Positions 28,630-38,282 of a stretch of 64,000 nucleotides of DNA are shown one piece after another. The stretch covers positions 192,001 to 256,000 of IMG/VR virus record IMGVR_UViG_3300028886_000036; one strand, written 5' to 3'. Under the pieces are notes generated by a model, which searched no databases, was not told where the DNA came from, and saw nothing but the letters and a program-made list of their open reading frames with translations. Source of the stretch: a virus (lineage: Duplodnaviria > Caudoviricetes). The translations under genes were made by a program, and so were the position numbers. How positions within the stretch are numbered: the first letter of the stretch is position 1; each line of letters opens with the position of its first letter.

Positions 28630-29150
28630 TGAAGTATGATATTTACCCAATTAAGATTTGTGTAAGAGGTCGTAATCAGGAAAAGCCAGAAGAGCTTAGT
28701 TCTATTATGACTATTATTCCTGAAGCAGTTGAGGATAGTTTTAACAAGCCTGATACTCCGCCTACTATTAATATTAAGCTTTTGATTGATAGTAATAATC
28801 TAGAAGATATTGATTATCTTCATAGCAGACTTTGGTTTGACCAGTTTATTTCATATACTGGTATTTATAATTTGATCAATAAGGTTAATTTTGCATGCGC
28901 AATTGAAGTTAATAATCAGGTGGAATTTACAGATTCTAATAAAGAAGATCTGAATCATATGTTTGAACACTTTGTTGAAGACTTTAAGAATTTTGTTGAG
29001 GATACTAAAACACATATTGTAGTGTGGCCAGAGCAACCAGCATTTACTATTACCACTCCAGAACCAATTAAAGAAAAGGAAGAAACTAATGAAACAGCAC
29101 CTGTTGCAGAAGCAGAGGTAGCTAATGACTCAACTACAAAGACTGAATGA
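28629..29150 (+). CDS. hypothetical protein
   Basis: ORF track. Confidence 0.65.
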   Translation: MKYDIYPIKICVRGRNQEKPEELSSIMTIIPEAVEDSFNKPDTPPTINIKLLIDSNNLEDIDYLHSRLWFDQFISYTGIYNLINKVNFACAIEVNNQVEFTDSNKEDLNHMFEHFVEDFKNFVEDTKTHIVVWPEQPAFTITTPEPIKEKEETNETAPVAEAEVANDSTTKTE

Positions 29151-29258
29151 GACCTATGATATTGTAACTAAATATGGATGTTTTGATTATGAGTTTATTA
29201 TCTTTATGATAGTACTCATAGTCGTATTATACTTTTTGTTTAAGATTGAGCTTAACAA

Positions 29259-30155
29259 ATGACTAGTAGACTTGATCCTAACTTTAAAGTGCAACTAGCT
29301 AATACATATGATCCAGAAAAGAACTATAAAGGAATTGATTATTGGTATGGATCATATAAATATGACGGCATTAGGTGTATGTATTTAAATCGTACACCTA
29401 ATGTTATCTATAGTAGAAAAGGACTGGTTTTTACTGGGTTTGATAGTATAGTTATTCAGTGCAATGAGCTAGCTAATAAATTGGGTATAGTTAATAAGGA
29501 AGATATTTTTATTGATGGAGAATTATATTCAGATGAACTAGACTTTAATGATATTCAAAGTATAGTAATGACTGAAGATAGCTCTTTAGTAGATAAGGAT
29601 AAGATATATCTTAGAGTATTTGCATTAGGTCCTTTTAGAGATACCTATGAAATGGTTAGTATATTTAGTTCAAGTGTATTTGATGGATTAGATAAACTTA
29701 AACCAATTACATATTTCACTGTACATAATGATAAAGAGACTATTACTAATAAATGCAAAGAGTGTATTCAAAATGGATATGAAGGGATTATGTTAAGAGA
29801 TCCGGTAATTCCATATGATTGGAAACGCAGTAATAAACTTCTTAAATATAAAATGTTCAAAGACAGTCATGAACTAGATATGACTATAGTTGATATTCTA
29901 CCAGGAAAGAATGGAACTAAGTACAGTGATACTATGGGTGCAGTATTGTGTATAGGTTATATAAATGATGCTGAAGTTAGATGTAGAGTAGGATCCGGGT
30001 TTACAGATCAAGAAAGACATGACATGTGGGATCATCCAGAGAAGTATCTTAATAAAGAGATTGTAGTTAGATATCAGGATGTTACTTCTGACTCTAAAAC
30101 CGGTAATATCTCTATTAGGTTTCCTATTAAGAAATGTTTTAAGTTAGATAGATAG
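29259..30155 (+). CDS. lig: ATP-dependent DNA ligase
   Basis: KYDGIR, DGELY, EGIMLR, KRS..LLKYK, VGSGF, RFP motifs. Confidence 0.95.
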   Translation: MTSRLDPNFKVQLANTYDPEKNYKGIDYWYGSYKYDGIRCMYLNRTPNVIYSRKGLVFTGFDSIVIQCNELANKLGIVNKEDIFIDGELYSDELDFNDIQSIVMTEDSSLVDKDKIYLRVFALGPFRDTYEMVSIFSSSVFDGLDKLKPITYFTVHNDKETITNKCKECIQNGYEGIMLRDPVIPYDWKRSNKLLKYKMFKDSHELDMTIVDILPGKNGTKYSDTMGAVLCIGYINDAEVRCRVGSGFTDQERHDMWDHPEKYLNKEIVVRYQDVTSDSKTGNISIRFPIKKCFKLDR

Positions 30156-30167
30156 GGGATAGATATA

Positions 30168-30878
30168 ATGGCTCAAGTTAAATTTTCGTTTAATGCCAAA
30201 CGTAATGAAGATGGTAGATGGTCTTATACTTATGATTATGATGCTAAAAAGATTTCATTTGATAAGATGATCTGCACTGATTCTGAGATTATTTTTGAAG
30301 CAGTGTTAGATACAAATGATTCTGTATCAGAAGTAAATGATCCTTATTTGAATCCTTATTTGAATGAGTTATCTATATTGTTTAAAAATGGTTATAATGA
30401 AATCGGTGTTAAAGATATATTTAAGAGAATAAATCTCACCAGTATAGACTTTAGTAAAGCTGATGATCGAGGTAATATTAATTTATACACTTTTAATAAA
30501 CATACCACGCCAGTGTATATTAGATTTGGAGACCCTGATACACCTAATACTTATAGTGGAGACCCTGATACACCTAATACTTATAGTTATGAAGAAGTTA
30601 AAGAGCTTAAAGAAAAGTATTTAGATGATACTGGAGATTATATGCTTCCATCACGTTTGAATGGCGATATTTATAAGTATCAATGTATTATAGCTGTAGA
30701 CCTTATTAAAAGTAATGTTTTTAAAGAACATGATGTATATCTTTTATATGTTGTTACTAGGACTATGTATGAGATGGTTAGTGGTCATGAACTTACTAGG
30801 CTTGGCATGGATGAAGGACAGCGATATATCAGTAACTTTTTAACTAAAGAAAGACTATCTAACTGCTTGGTTAAATGA
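30168..30878 (+). CDS. hypothetical protein with 30-nt tandem duplication (GDPDTPNTYS x2)
   Basis: ORF track; duplication at ~30527-30587. Confidence 0.65.
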   Translation: MAQVKFSFNAKRNEDGRWSYTYDYDAKKISFDKMICTDSEIIFEAVLDTNDSVSEVNDPYLNPYLNELSILFKNGYNEIGVKDIFKRINLTSIDFSKADDRGNINLYTFNKHTTPVYIRFGDPDTPNTYSGDPDTPNTYSYEEVKELKEKYLDDTGDYMLPSRLNGDIYKYQCIIAVDLIKSNVFKEHDVYLLYVVTRTMYEMVSGHELTRLGMDEGQRYISNFLTKERLSNCLVK

Positions 30879-31165
30879 AAAAGAAAGTTGCAAAGAAACT
30901 AGCTGAAAAAGATTTTACTGACTTAACTAAATATCAAGTCAATATAAAGAAGATTGATGCTAAACCAATAGATGATCCTATTCCACATAAGCATCCTAGC
31001 ACCCATAAAAAAATAGAAGTAATTTATAGATTAGCTAATGAGTATACTGAAGATACTTTGGAAGATCTAATCAACACAATTAAACTAGATGGGATTGACA
31101 TAATCACTGTTCATAGTGGTTATGTTAGAGATCCACTAGGCAAAAATAAAGAGACCCCCGGTTAA
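30875..31165 (+). CDS. hypothetical protein
   Basis: ORF track. Confidence 0.55.
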   Translation: MKKKVAKKLAEKDFTDLTKYQVNIKKIDAKPIDDPIPHKHPSTHKKIEVIYRLANEYTEDTLEDLINTIKLDGIDIITVHSGYVRDPLGKNKETPG

Positions 31166-31686
31166 GAGGGTCTCTTTATTATATGCAGACGTAATTTAAG
31201 CAGATGCTTCCAGCAATAAAGGAACCTTTCGATCTCGAAAGGATGTATGTCGATACGATCCTCTTCTGGTACTTTTACTACCAACGCATAATAGTAATGG
31301 TATAGAGTTCTATATACACCTAGCTCTTTAAACTTTCTATAGATGAAATTCATAAAAAGCCTTAGCCAGATGAATTTTACTCCGTGTTTTACCATTTGTT
31401 CTACCGCGAATTTGTCTGCGTATATTTCAGCAAATCTTGATTGAGATTGGTTATGTTCCCAATAACAGTAGATGTGCCCAATCTCGTGGTAGATGATGAA
31501 CGGAAGTGCAAACAGCAAATTGCCGCTTCTGTAACTTCTAGAAATGGATATAATAAATCTATTTCCATTCCCACGAATTCCGCAGAATGAATCCCATATA
31601 CGCTTTCTTATTACGATAGATAATGGGATTTCAAAATCCTTTATTATGTTTCTTATTCTACGCCTTAATTGTTTAATAGTGATCAT
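31162..31686 (-). CDS. HExxH zincin-like protein
   Basis: YHEIGH...E..AD.FA; GGAGG RBS before MITIK; class-I motif at 31744. Confidence 0.65.
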   Translation of the reverse strand: MITIKQLRRRIRNIIKDFEIPLSIVIRKRIWDSFCGIRGNGNRFIISISRSYRSGNLLFALPFIIYHEIGHIYCYWEHNQSQSRFAEIYADKFAVEQMVKHGVKFIWLRLFMNFIYRKFKELGVYRTLYHYYYALVVKVPEEDRIDIHPFEIERFLYCWKHLLKLRLHIIKRPS

Positions 31687-31828
31687 AACAAAGACCTCCA
31701 AAAACAAGTTGTACATCTCTCAAGAGATGCTGTTACATTCCCTTTATATATTTATAAATGGCTAAAGACTAGCCAATGAAAAAGGCTGCCCAGAGATTGC
31801 TCTCCGGGGCTTACGCCTTTCAATGATA

Positions 31829-32035
31829 TTAATCGATATAGACCGCATCGCTAGGCGACGATGCGGTGAATTCAGCATGGTGCGGCATGCACCACTCAGC
31901 TTTCCCTGAGGCCAGGATCTTTTCCCTGGCCTGCTCTTCTGTCGCCGCGTGCGTGCGATAAAACTCGCACTCATGCGGAGACGGTCCACCAAAGAAATAC
32001 CACTCGTTAAACTGCGCAAAGATATTTTGTTCCAT
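31829..32035 (-). CDS. small hypothetical protein (68 aa) behind structured leader A
   Basis: GGAGGT RBS then MEQNIF. Confidence 0.6.
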   Translation of the reverse strand: MEQNIFAQFNEWYFFGGPSPHECEFYRTHAATEEQAREKILASGKAEWCMPHHAEFTASSPSDAVYID

Positions 32036-32039
32036 GTTG

Positions 32040-32130
32040 CACCTCCACCTGCCCAAGATAAGACAGTGGGTTAACTGGGTTAACCTCTGTCGAACTACTC
32101 GAAAGTAGTTTCTCTGAAAGCAGATTCATT
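32040..32130 (-). ncRNA. structured 5' leader RNA, copy A
   Basis: near-identical to 50602-50692 with a compensatory stem change. Confidence 0.7.
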
Positions 32131-32226
32131 CGCATTATATATATACAACTTAAAATTGATAGTTGACAACTACTTCTTTTTGCTTTATAATACAGTCATA
32201 TTAATAATCACAAGGAGGTTAATTAA

Positions 32227-33588
32227 TTGCCCTTAAGATGGTCTGAAGAAGAACATGACATTATTAGATTTATTAATTCTTATAACAACGAAGTAGTCAA
32301 TAGCGGTTACAAAGAGATGAGATATACAGCGGATGATGTATATGAAATATGGAATAATTATCTATCAGATAACTACAGGGGGTTTGAATCTGTGAAACAT
32401 AAAATGAGAGAGGTGGATTCATTTAGTTTGAATGACAGTATAATTAAATTTTTGAGTGGTAGTAATTCACTTACTATTATGGATCTTATGGAGTATTATC
32501 ATATATTTGATTTTATGGCTGAGAAATGCCTAGAATACTATGAACAAAAATTTATGAAAAGATTTTATGATAGAAACACTGATGAAATCTTTACAAAAGA
32601 GCTTAAAGAGACTATTATAGAGAATCCTATTGTAGATCATAAGATTAAAATAGATACTGGTAATACTCCAGTTTTGGTTAAACCAGAGCCTGATACTATT
32701 AAATCAGATGTTCCAGTTTCTAGTAAAAAAATTGAATCATTAGATATACCAGAAGCACCAGTTAAAAAGAAGGGTAAAAACTCATTAAAGAAGATTACTA
32801 AAAAGAGTAAGTATAAGACTTTAGCTGATGTAGAACAAGAATCAGTTGAAGATATTCCTGAAGAACCATTTGCTGCTTTGAAAGAAATAGTTAATAGTTA
32901 TAAGGTGCATATTAAAATTGGAATTATTGGAGATACTCATATTGGTAATATCTTTTGTGATGAGAATACTCTTAACAGTTTTTATAAGAGATGTAATGAT
33001 CTCGGTATCAAATACATCATTCACGCTGGTGATCTTGTAGATGGTCATAATATGTATAATGGCCAGGTTAAAGAGCAGAATCTTCACGGATTTGAAGAGC
33101 AAGTAAAGTATGTAATCTCTAATTATCCCAAATATGATGGACTTGTAACCTATGTAATTTCTGGTAATCACGATATGTGTTATTTTAATAATACGACTTT
33201 ACATCCTCTAGTTACTATTAGTAGATCTAGACCAGATATCATTTATGCTAGTGACTATTATGCTAATATTGATATTGATGGTATTAAGATTACAATGATT
33301 CATACTGATGGTAACAGTGGATCTGAACCAATGACTAAACTAAAGAAGCTTATCAATAATAGAACTGAACCGTGTGATGTTATGGTGATGGGCCATTTAC
33401 ATCAGTCTATGGAATTGAGAGATTATTGTGGAGTAGCATATGCATGTGCTCCTGGGTCTTTCTTAAAGCCTAATTCATATACTATTAGAAGAGGATTCAA
33501 CTGTACTCTTGGTGGATATATTCTTGATATTGAAAAGAATCTTTCCACTAATAAACTTATAGTTACATCTACTTGGATCAGTGAATAA
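32227..33588 (+). CDS. metallophosphoesterase with long N-terminal extension
   Basis: GDTH, HAGDLVDG, GNHD, GHLH motifs. Confidence 0.85.
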   Translation: MPLRWSEEEHDIIRFINSYNNEVVNSGYKEMRYTADDVYEIWNNYLSDNYRGFESVKHKMREVDSFSLNDSIIKFLSGSNSLTIMDLMEYYHIFDFMAEKCLEYYEQKFMKRFYDRNTDEIFTKELKETIIENPIVDHKIKIDTGNTPVLVKPEPDTIKSDVPVSSKKIESLDIPEAPVKKKGKNSLKKITKKSKYKTLADVEQESVEDIPEEPFAALKEIVNSYKVHIKIGIIGDTHIGNIFCDENTLNSFYKRCNDLGIKYIIHAGDLVDGHNMYNGQVKEQNLHGFEEQVKYVISNYPKYDGLVTYVISGNHDMCYFNNTTLHPLVTISRSRPDIIYASDYYANIDIDGIKITMIHTDGNSGSEPMTKLKKLINNRTEPCDVMVMGHLHQSMELRDYCGVAYACAPGSFLKPNSYTIRRGFNCTLGGYILDIEKNLSTNKLIVTSTWISE

Positions 33589-33603
33589 TAAAAAGAAGGA
33601 GGG

Positions 33604-33999
33604 TTATGCCCTCCTCCCTCTTATGAATTCTACCCTAAACATGTGCCCATCACGCATGGTGAAATCTCCGCCAATCAGAACGCTATACTGTTTGCCACCA
33701 TTAATCTCTAAGAATACTTCACAGAGATTAACGAAGAACCCTTCGATAGTAACTTTAACTCCGTTGGGAAGGACTTCTTCATGACGTTTTCCGCGTGGGA
33801 TGCTAATCGGAAAGAGTTCCCCATCAAAATTGATAACGACACCACGCCCTTTTAAAAGAGATGAAGCCTCATTTTCAAGAAGAGGGAGGCGAAAATGTGA
33901 GGGTTTATAATTTCTCGGTGAATAGCTTCCCTCTCTGCCTCCAACAGTAGTGTAGCTACCATTACGGATGGAAATAATTACCTGCTGACCTATTGACAT
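33604..33999 (-). CDS. hypothetical protein (single-gene inverted cassette)
   Basis: AAGGAGG RBS; class-I motif at 34038. Confidence 0.65.
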   Translation of the reverse strand: MSIGQQVIISIRNGSYTTVGGREGSYSPRNYKPSHFRLPLLENEASSLLKGRGVVINFDGELFPISIPRGKRHEEVLPNGVKVTIEGFFVNLCEVFLEINGGKQYSVLIGGDFTMRDGHMFRVEFIRGRRA

Positions 34000-34058
34000 C
34001 GTGTATTACCTCCTTAAGGTAGTTTTAGATATTCGTATTATATATATACAAGACAGGA

Positions 34059-34580
34059 GTGATTTTGTACTTGAGTAATGGAATTACTAAACTAATTTAT
34101 TATACCTTTAATGATGTAGTTAAGTTAGTTAAAAGTGAATATGGCTTTGATGTGTCATATTTGAAATGCAGTATTCTGAATAACAACAAAAGAGATTTTA
34201 CTATTAGAGCTGGAGACACTATATTTATAAACTACAACTTAGGTATTATTCTTAAAAACAAATACGGTATTGAGTTTGATAACTATAAGAAGTTTTTTGT
34301 AATTGCAATTGCTAAAGAGATTGGTAAAGAAGTAATGGGTAAGTTCGTAGATGCTGAAACTAAAAAGCATTGGTTAGAAGTTATTGATAACTTTGATGAA
34401 CTTGCTTTAGTTGGCCCAACTAACTATGAGAATGGTGAATTGGAACCATTAAGCGATTTCTTTGCATTAAAGATCTATCAGATTATGTTGCCAAAACTTA
34501 ATGAGTTTGTTAAGAAGTATAAGAAGGGAGTAGATAAAAATGTCGAAAAAGACAGAGAGCAGAGCGATTCCGTGGAGTAA
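34059..34580 (+). CDS. degenerate member of the phage HExxH family (KEIGK)
   Basis: VKSEYGFDVSYL...IFIN...IAKEIGK aligns by eye with 54403 and 56196. Confidence 0.5.
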   Translation: MILYLSNGITKLIYYTFNDVVKLVKSEYGFDVSYLKCSILNNNKRDFTIRAGDTIFINYNLGIILKNKYGIEFDNYKKFFVIAIAKEIGKEVMGKFVDAETKKHWLEVIDNFDELALVGPTNYENGELEPLSDFFALKIYQIMLPKLNEFVKKYKKGVDKNVEKDREQSDSVE

Positions 34581-35085
34581 TGAAGAGGTTATTCTTCTTA
34601 AGCTTAATTATGCTTGTAAAGGAGCTAAAACCTGGAGGGAGATCTCACAGAATATGCAGGAGTATACAGGTATTATTAGAACTACTCCCTCATTAATTGT
34701 GAGAATTCAAAAGCTTAAGGATGATAACGAACCACTTACCATTAAAGATATTGTTAAGCTTTATAATGATGTAGTGTTTGATGTGAATCATACCTATACA
34801 AAAAAGTTTACAGATTATGTAGTTGAGCATTTCTCAAATCAACTTTCTACTACTGAAAAAGAAATTGTTGAGACCCTTAACATCGAGCCAGAATCACAGA
34901 TTGAAAAGAATAGGGTTGATTTCTTGGATGGATTTGATTATGAGATTGATGGTTTTGAAGAAGATAGATATGCTGATGAAGATGAATATCCAACAAAATG
35001 GAATCTTGGTTTGATTCTTGACTATCTTCTTTGTACAGCTGCTGCTATTGTTGTTCTCTATACATTGGTAACCTATATTGGCTAG
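34540..35085 (+). CDS. hypothetical protein, N-terminal Myb/SANT-like HTH and C-terminal TM
   Basis: WSNEE..LL......WREIS.....RT pattern. Confidence 0.5.
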   Translation: MSKKTESRAIPWSNEEVILLKLNYACKGAKTWREISQNMQEYTGIIRTTPSLIVRIQKLKDDNEPLTIKDIVKLYNDVVFDVNHTYTKKFTDYVVEHFSNQLSTTEKEIVETLNIEPESQIEKNRVDFLDGFDYEIDGFEEDRYADEDEYPTKWNLGLILDYLLCTAAAIVVLYTLVTYIG

Positions 35086-35389
35086 AAAGAAAAAAGAACC
35101 TGAACAAATACAGGAAGAAGTAATAGACCTTGATGAGCTAGTACAGGCTATAGATAATAGATTCAATGCTATAGAATCTGTGCTAGCTCAGCAAAAAGAA
35201 AAAGAAAAGAAATGGGGTTTTGAAGTATTAGAGTGTAGAGATGATCTAGCTAATACTAAAGGGTTTCACTGGTTTCATCCACAAGCTACTGGTTTTGAAA
35301 GTGGAATCAGTAAAAATTATGTTAAATATTGTAAATATACAGGTAAAAATTATCCTAAAAGAAACGACTCAGATTACTTTCAATGGTAG
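35078..35389 (+). CDS. hypothetical protein
   Basis: ORF track. Confidence 0.55.
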   Translation: MARKKKEPEQIQEEVIDLDELVQAIDNRFNAIESVLAQQKEKEKKWGFEVLECRDDLANTKGFHWFHPQATGFESGISKNYVKYCKYTGKNYPKRNDSDYFQW

Positions 35390-35435
35390 TTGACATAAAA
35401 TTAAATAGTGTTATAATAGAAGGGAGGTGGTAGTG

Positions 35436-36815
35436 ATGGCATTTATGAAAGATAGGTTGTATGTAGAAGAGCTTAGTGATTTTGATAAGAACAAGCTTAC
35501 TATTTTCACAGAAGAAGATACTATTACTTGTTATGATAGTACTGAAGTAGACGGTAAAAAGTATTACCGTATTCCACGTTATTTCAGTAATATAGAATAC
35601 GATGATTTAACTACCGAAGGATTTGATATTGATATTGAAATGAATCCTGAATTTAAACCATTGAACGAACAACAAGAAAATGCTATTGAAGCTATAGTAG
35701 ATAATGTGCATGGACTAGTTTCTGCTAGGGTTGGTTTTGGTAAAACTTATGTAGCAGTTAATAGTATTACCAGAATCAAAAAAAGAACACTTATTATTGT
35801 ACATGTTTCTACTAAAGATGGCCTTATGGATCAGTGGAGAGATGCTATTATTAGATATACTAATCTTTCTATTGATGATATTGGTTATCTTACATCAAAA
35901 ACAAAAACTATTGATAAACCCATTTATCTGACCACAGTACAAACACTGTTATCTAGAGTAAAAAGAAATGATCAAGAGTTTTTTGATATGATGTATAAAG
36001 GTAACTTTGGAGCAACCTATTTTGATGAGTGCCACATTACTGCTTCCTCTGCTGAATTTAGTGAAAGCACTAAAACTATTTTTTCTAGAAGAATATATGG
36101 CTTGAGTGCTACACTAATTAGAAGAGATAATCTAGCCCCATTACTTAACTGGAATATCGGAAATGTTATTTATGATGATGGTCAATGGTTTGTATTACCA
36201 ATATATGCAGGTCTACTTGACATTCCAATTAAGATGGGTGGATATGGTAGATATCTGGAGTATGGTAGTGCTTCTGCATGGAGTGTTAAGTATGCAAAGT
36301 TCTTGTCCAAAAAAGAAGAGTATTTAAAAGCAGTAGCTACTATAGTAGATAAATGCATTGAACAGGGTAGAAACCCATTGATACTTTCATCTCAAATAGA
36401 TATTCTAAACAAAATATATAGCTTATCAAAACATCAAGAAGATATTAGTATTGTTCATGGTAAAGTGGTTAATAAAGATTATACAAAGAAATGTATACTA
36501 GCTACTTTAGGTATGTTTAAAGTTGGAATGGATATTCCTAGACTGGATACTTTAATTTTTGCTACACCACTCACTGCAAAGAATGGTCTTATACAAGCAA
36601 TTGGTAGAGTTGCAAGAATCTTTAAACCAGTGCCTAATAAAAAAGTAATGCTTGTAGATATTGCAAATTCGTTGTATAATAAGACTATGCAGATGAGAGA
36701 AGTTAGACAGAAATACTATAAAGAGATTAATGAGCATAGTAGTAAAGGTTGTGTACAAGTAAGACTTAATGAGCTTAATGATATTGATAAACTAATTAGA
36801 TTTTGTAATAAGTAA
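35436..36815 (+). CDS. SF2 helicase (UvsW/ResIII-like)
   Basis: GFGKT, DECH, GLSAT, G.DIP.LD, QAIGR..R motifs. Confidence 0.9.
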   Translation: MAFMKDRLYVEELSDFDKNKLTIFTEEDTITCYDSTEVDGKKYYRIPRYFSNIEYDDLTTEGFDIDIEMNPEFKPLNEQQENAIEAIVDNVHGLVSARVGFGKTYVAVNSITRIKKRTLIIVHVSTKDGLMDQWRDAIIRYTNLSIDDIGYLTSKTKTIDKPIYLTTVQTLLSRVKRNDQEFFDMMYKGNFGATYFDECHITASSAEFSESTKTIFSRRIYGLSATLIRRDNLAPLLNWNIGNVIYDDGQWFVLPIYAGLLDIPIKMGGYGRYLEYGSASAWSVKYAKFLSKKEEYLKAVATIVDKCIEQGRNPLILSSQIDILNKIYSLSKHQEDISIVHGKVVNKDYTKKCILATLGMFKVGMDIPRLDTLIFATPLTAKNGLIQAIGRVARIFKPVPNKKVMLVDIANSLYNKTMQMREVRQKYYKEINEHSSKGCVQVRLNELNDIDKLIRFCNK

Positions 36816-36838
36816 ACAAATTGTTTACATAATACTTC

Positions 36839-36916
36839 GGCCCTGTAGTTCAACTGGATGAACAACTGACTTCTAATCAGTAGGTTATGGGTGTTCGAGC
36901 CACCTCAGGGTCGCCA
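36839..36916 (+). tRNA. tRNA-Arg(TCT)
   Basis: ACTGA-CT TCT AA-TCAGT arm, CCA. Confidence 0.85.
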
Positions 36917-36994
36917 TTAAATTAGCCTGTTTACAAAATGTAAACATAATAAAATAAAAAGAAGGAGCGGTGTTACTGCCCCTTCTTCTTTTTT

Positions 36995-38134
36995 TTAGGT
37001 TCTATGTTTCATTTTATACTTTGGGTACTGAACATAATCATAATCCCAGTATTGCATATCTTCACCAATAGATCTTAATTCTCTTAAGGAAAGTAAGTAA
37101 CTCTTTAACTTTGTAGCTCTTTCTTTTTTAGCATTTGCCAGGCTCTGATATGCCGATACTATGGCTTCTTTTTTGTGCTTTAATTCTTCATCATAACGCG
37201 AAGACGAATACACCCTTTCTCTGGGATTCCAATATCCAATAAAGTAAGCCAATTCATCAAGACGTTTCCTAATTTCACAACGTCTTTCAGGATTATCTTT
37301 AGATGCGTCATTATATTTTGCCCAAGTTAAGCGTTTAAGTTCTCTATTTAACCTATCAGCTTCACTCTTTGCAATAGAGCATTTTAAGTGTAGTTCATCA
37401 CTATCAAGCTCTTTAAGATCTTTTTCAGCTTTATAAATAGCGTTGAATGCATTCTTAAAAAGATCTCGCTGTCTCCAATCGCTGAGAGACCATCTAGCAC
37501 TTGATGCTTTTCTAAAAATACTTAAAGTACTTTCGACTTCTTCTGAGTATCCTCCTGTTTTTTCATATAATTTGCTCAATCGCGTAAACCAGCCCCATGT
37601 GTCGGAATCTTTAGTATCATTAATCTTTTCTTCGGTAAGGAAATAATATTCCTTACTTTCATTATATAGCTTTTCAGGGATATCACGATACCCTGAATAA
37701 TCTATGGTGATATAAGATCCAGTGCTCCACCTCTCATCACCATAGTGGCCTTCTACTTCTTCCTCCCGGATGTCATTTACCCAAACGTTCTTTTTTGACT
37801 TCCTATAGTGACTGATATTTAATTCAAACTTTATATTTGGGATGAATACTCCAGCGTCAACTACTACGTTGTTATCCGTATCGATAAATAAATTTTCCAC
37901 AAATTTTACATGGAAAGTTTTCTCCAAAATTTTAAATACATAATTGAAATCATGAACGCTGTATTTCTTACAAGTTATCTTGCTCCACATATTGAGCATT
38001 TGCTCACGCGATCCTGAGATAGTTTTTACGATTTTGCCAAAATATTCTCTTCTAGTGTAAATTTCAAGAATAATTTCAGCATGCTTGTTTTTAACAACCG
38101 CTAAGCTTTTCTTACCTTTGAACGAATATGCCAT
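36995..38134 (-). CDS. hypothetical protein (single-gene inverted cassette)
   Basis: class-I motif at 38211, two leader hairpins, terminator at ~36955-36995. Confidence 0.7.
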   Translation of the reverse strand: MAYSFKGKKSLAVVKNKHAEIILEIYTRREYFGKIVKTISGSREQMLNMWSKITCKKYSVHDFNYVFKILEKTFHVKFVENLFIDTDNNVVVDAGVFIPNIKFELNISHYRKSKKNVWVNDIREEEVEGHYGDERWSTGSYITIDYSGYRDIPEKLYNESKEYYFLTEEKINDTKDSDTWGWFTRLSKLYEKTGGYSEEVESTLSIFRKASSARWSLSDWRQRDLFKNAFNAIYKAEKDLKELDSDELHLKCSIAKSEADRLNRELKRLTWAKYNDASKDNPERRCEIRKRLDELAYFIGYWNPRERVYSSSRYDEELKHKKEAIVSAYQSLANAKKERATKLKSYLLSLRELRSIGEDMQYWDYDYVQYPKYKMKHRT

Positions 38135-38224
38135 GATAACGCCTCTTTCTGCTGGTGTTTACCAGCAATGAAATATCTGGATTCTAACGAATCCAGTCAT
38201 TGCAATTTCATTATATATTTATAA

Positions 38225-38252
38225 TTGACATCCTAATTAATCTATGCTATAA
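38225..38252 (+). promoter_or_regulatory. sigma-A/70-type promoter of the polymerase N-half
   Basis: TTGACA-N17-TATAAT with TG extended -10. Confidence 0.75.
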
Positions 38253-38282
38253 TCATCTTAACCTTAAAGTAGGAGGAGAAAA

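Noticed and set aside
30527-30587. 30-nt tandem duplication as a functional repeat
   Set aside because: Only two copies, in frame; most simply replication slippage.
32040-32130. Hammerhead ribozyme call for the duplicated leader
   Set aside because: It is a three-way junction, but the CUGANGA/GAAA core is not in the required arrangement on either strand.
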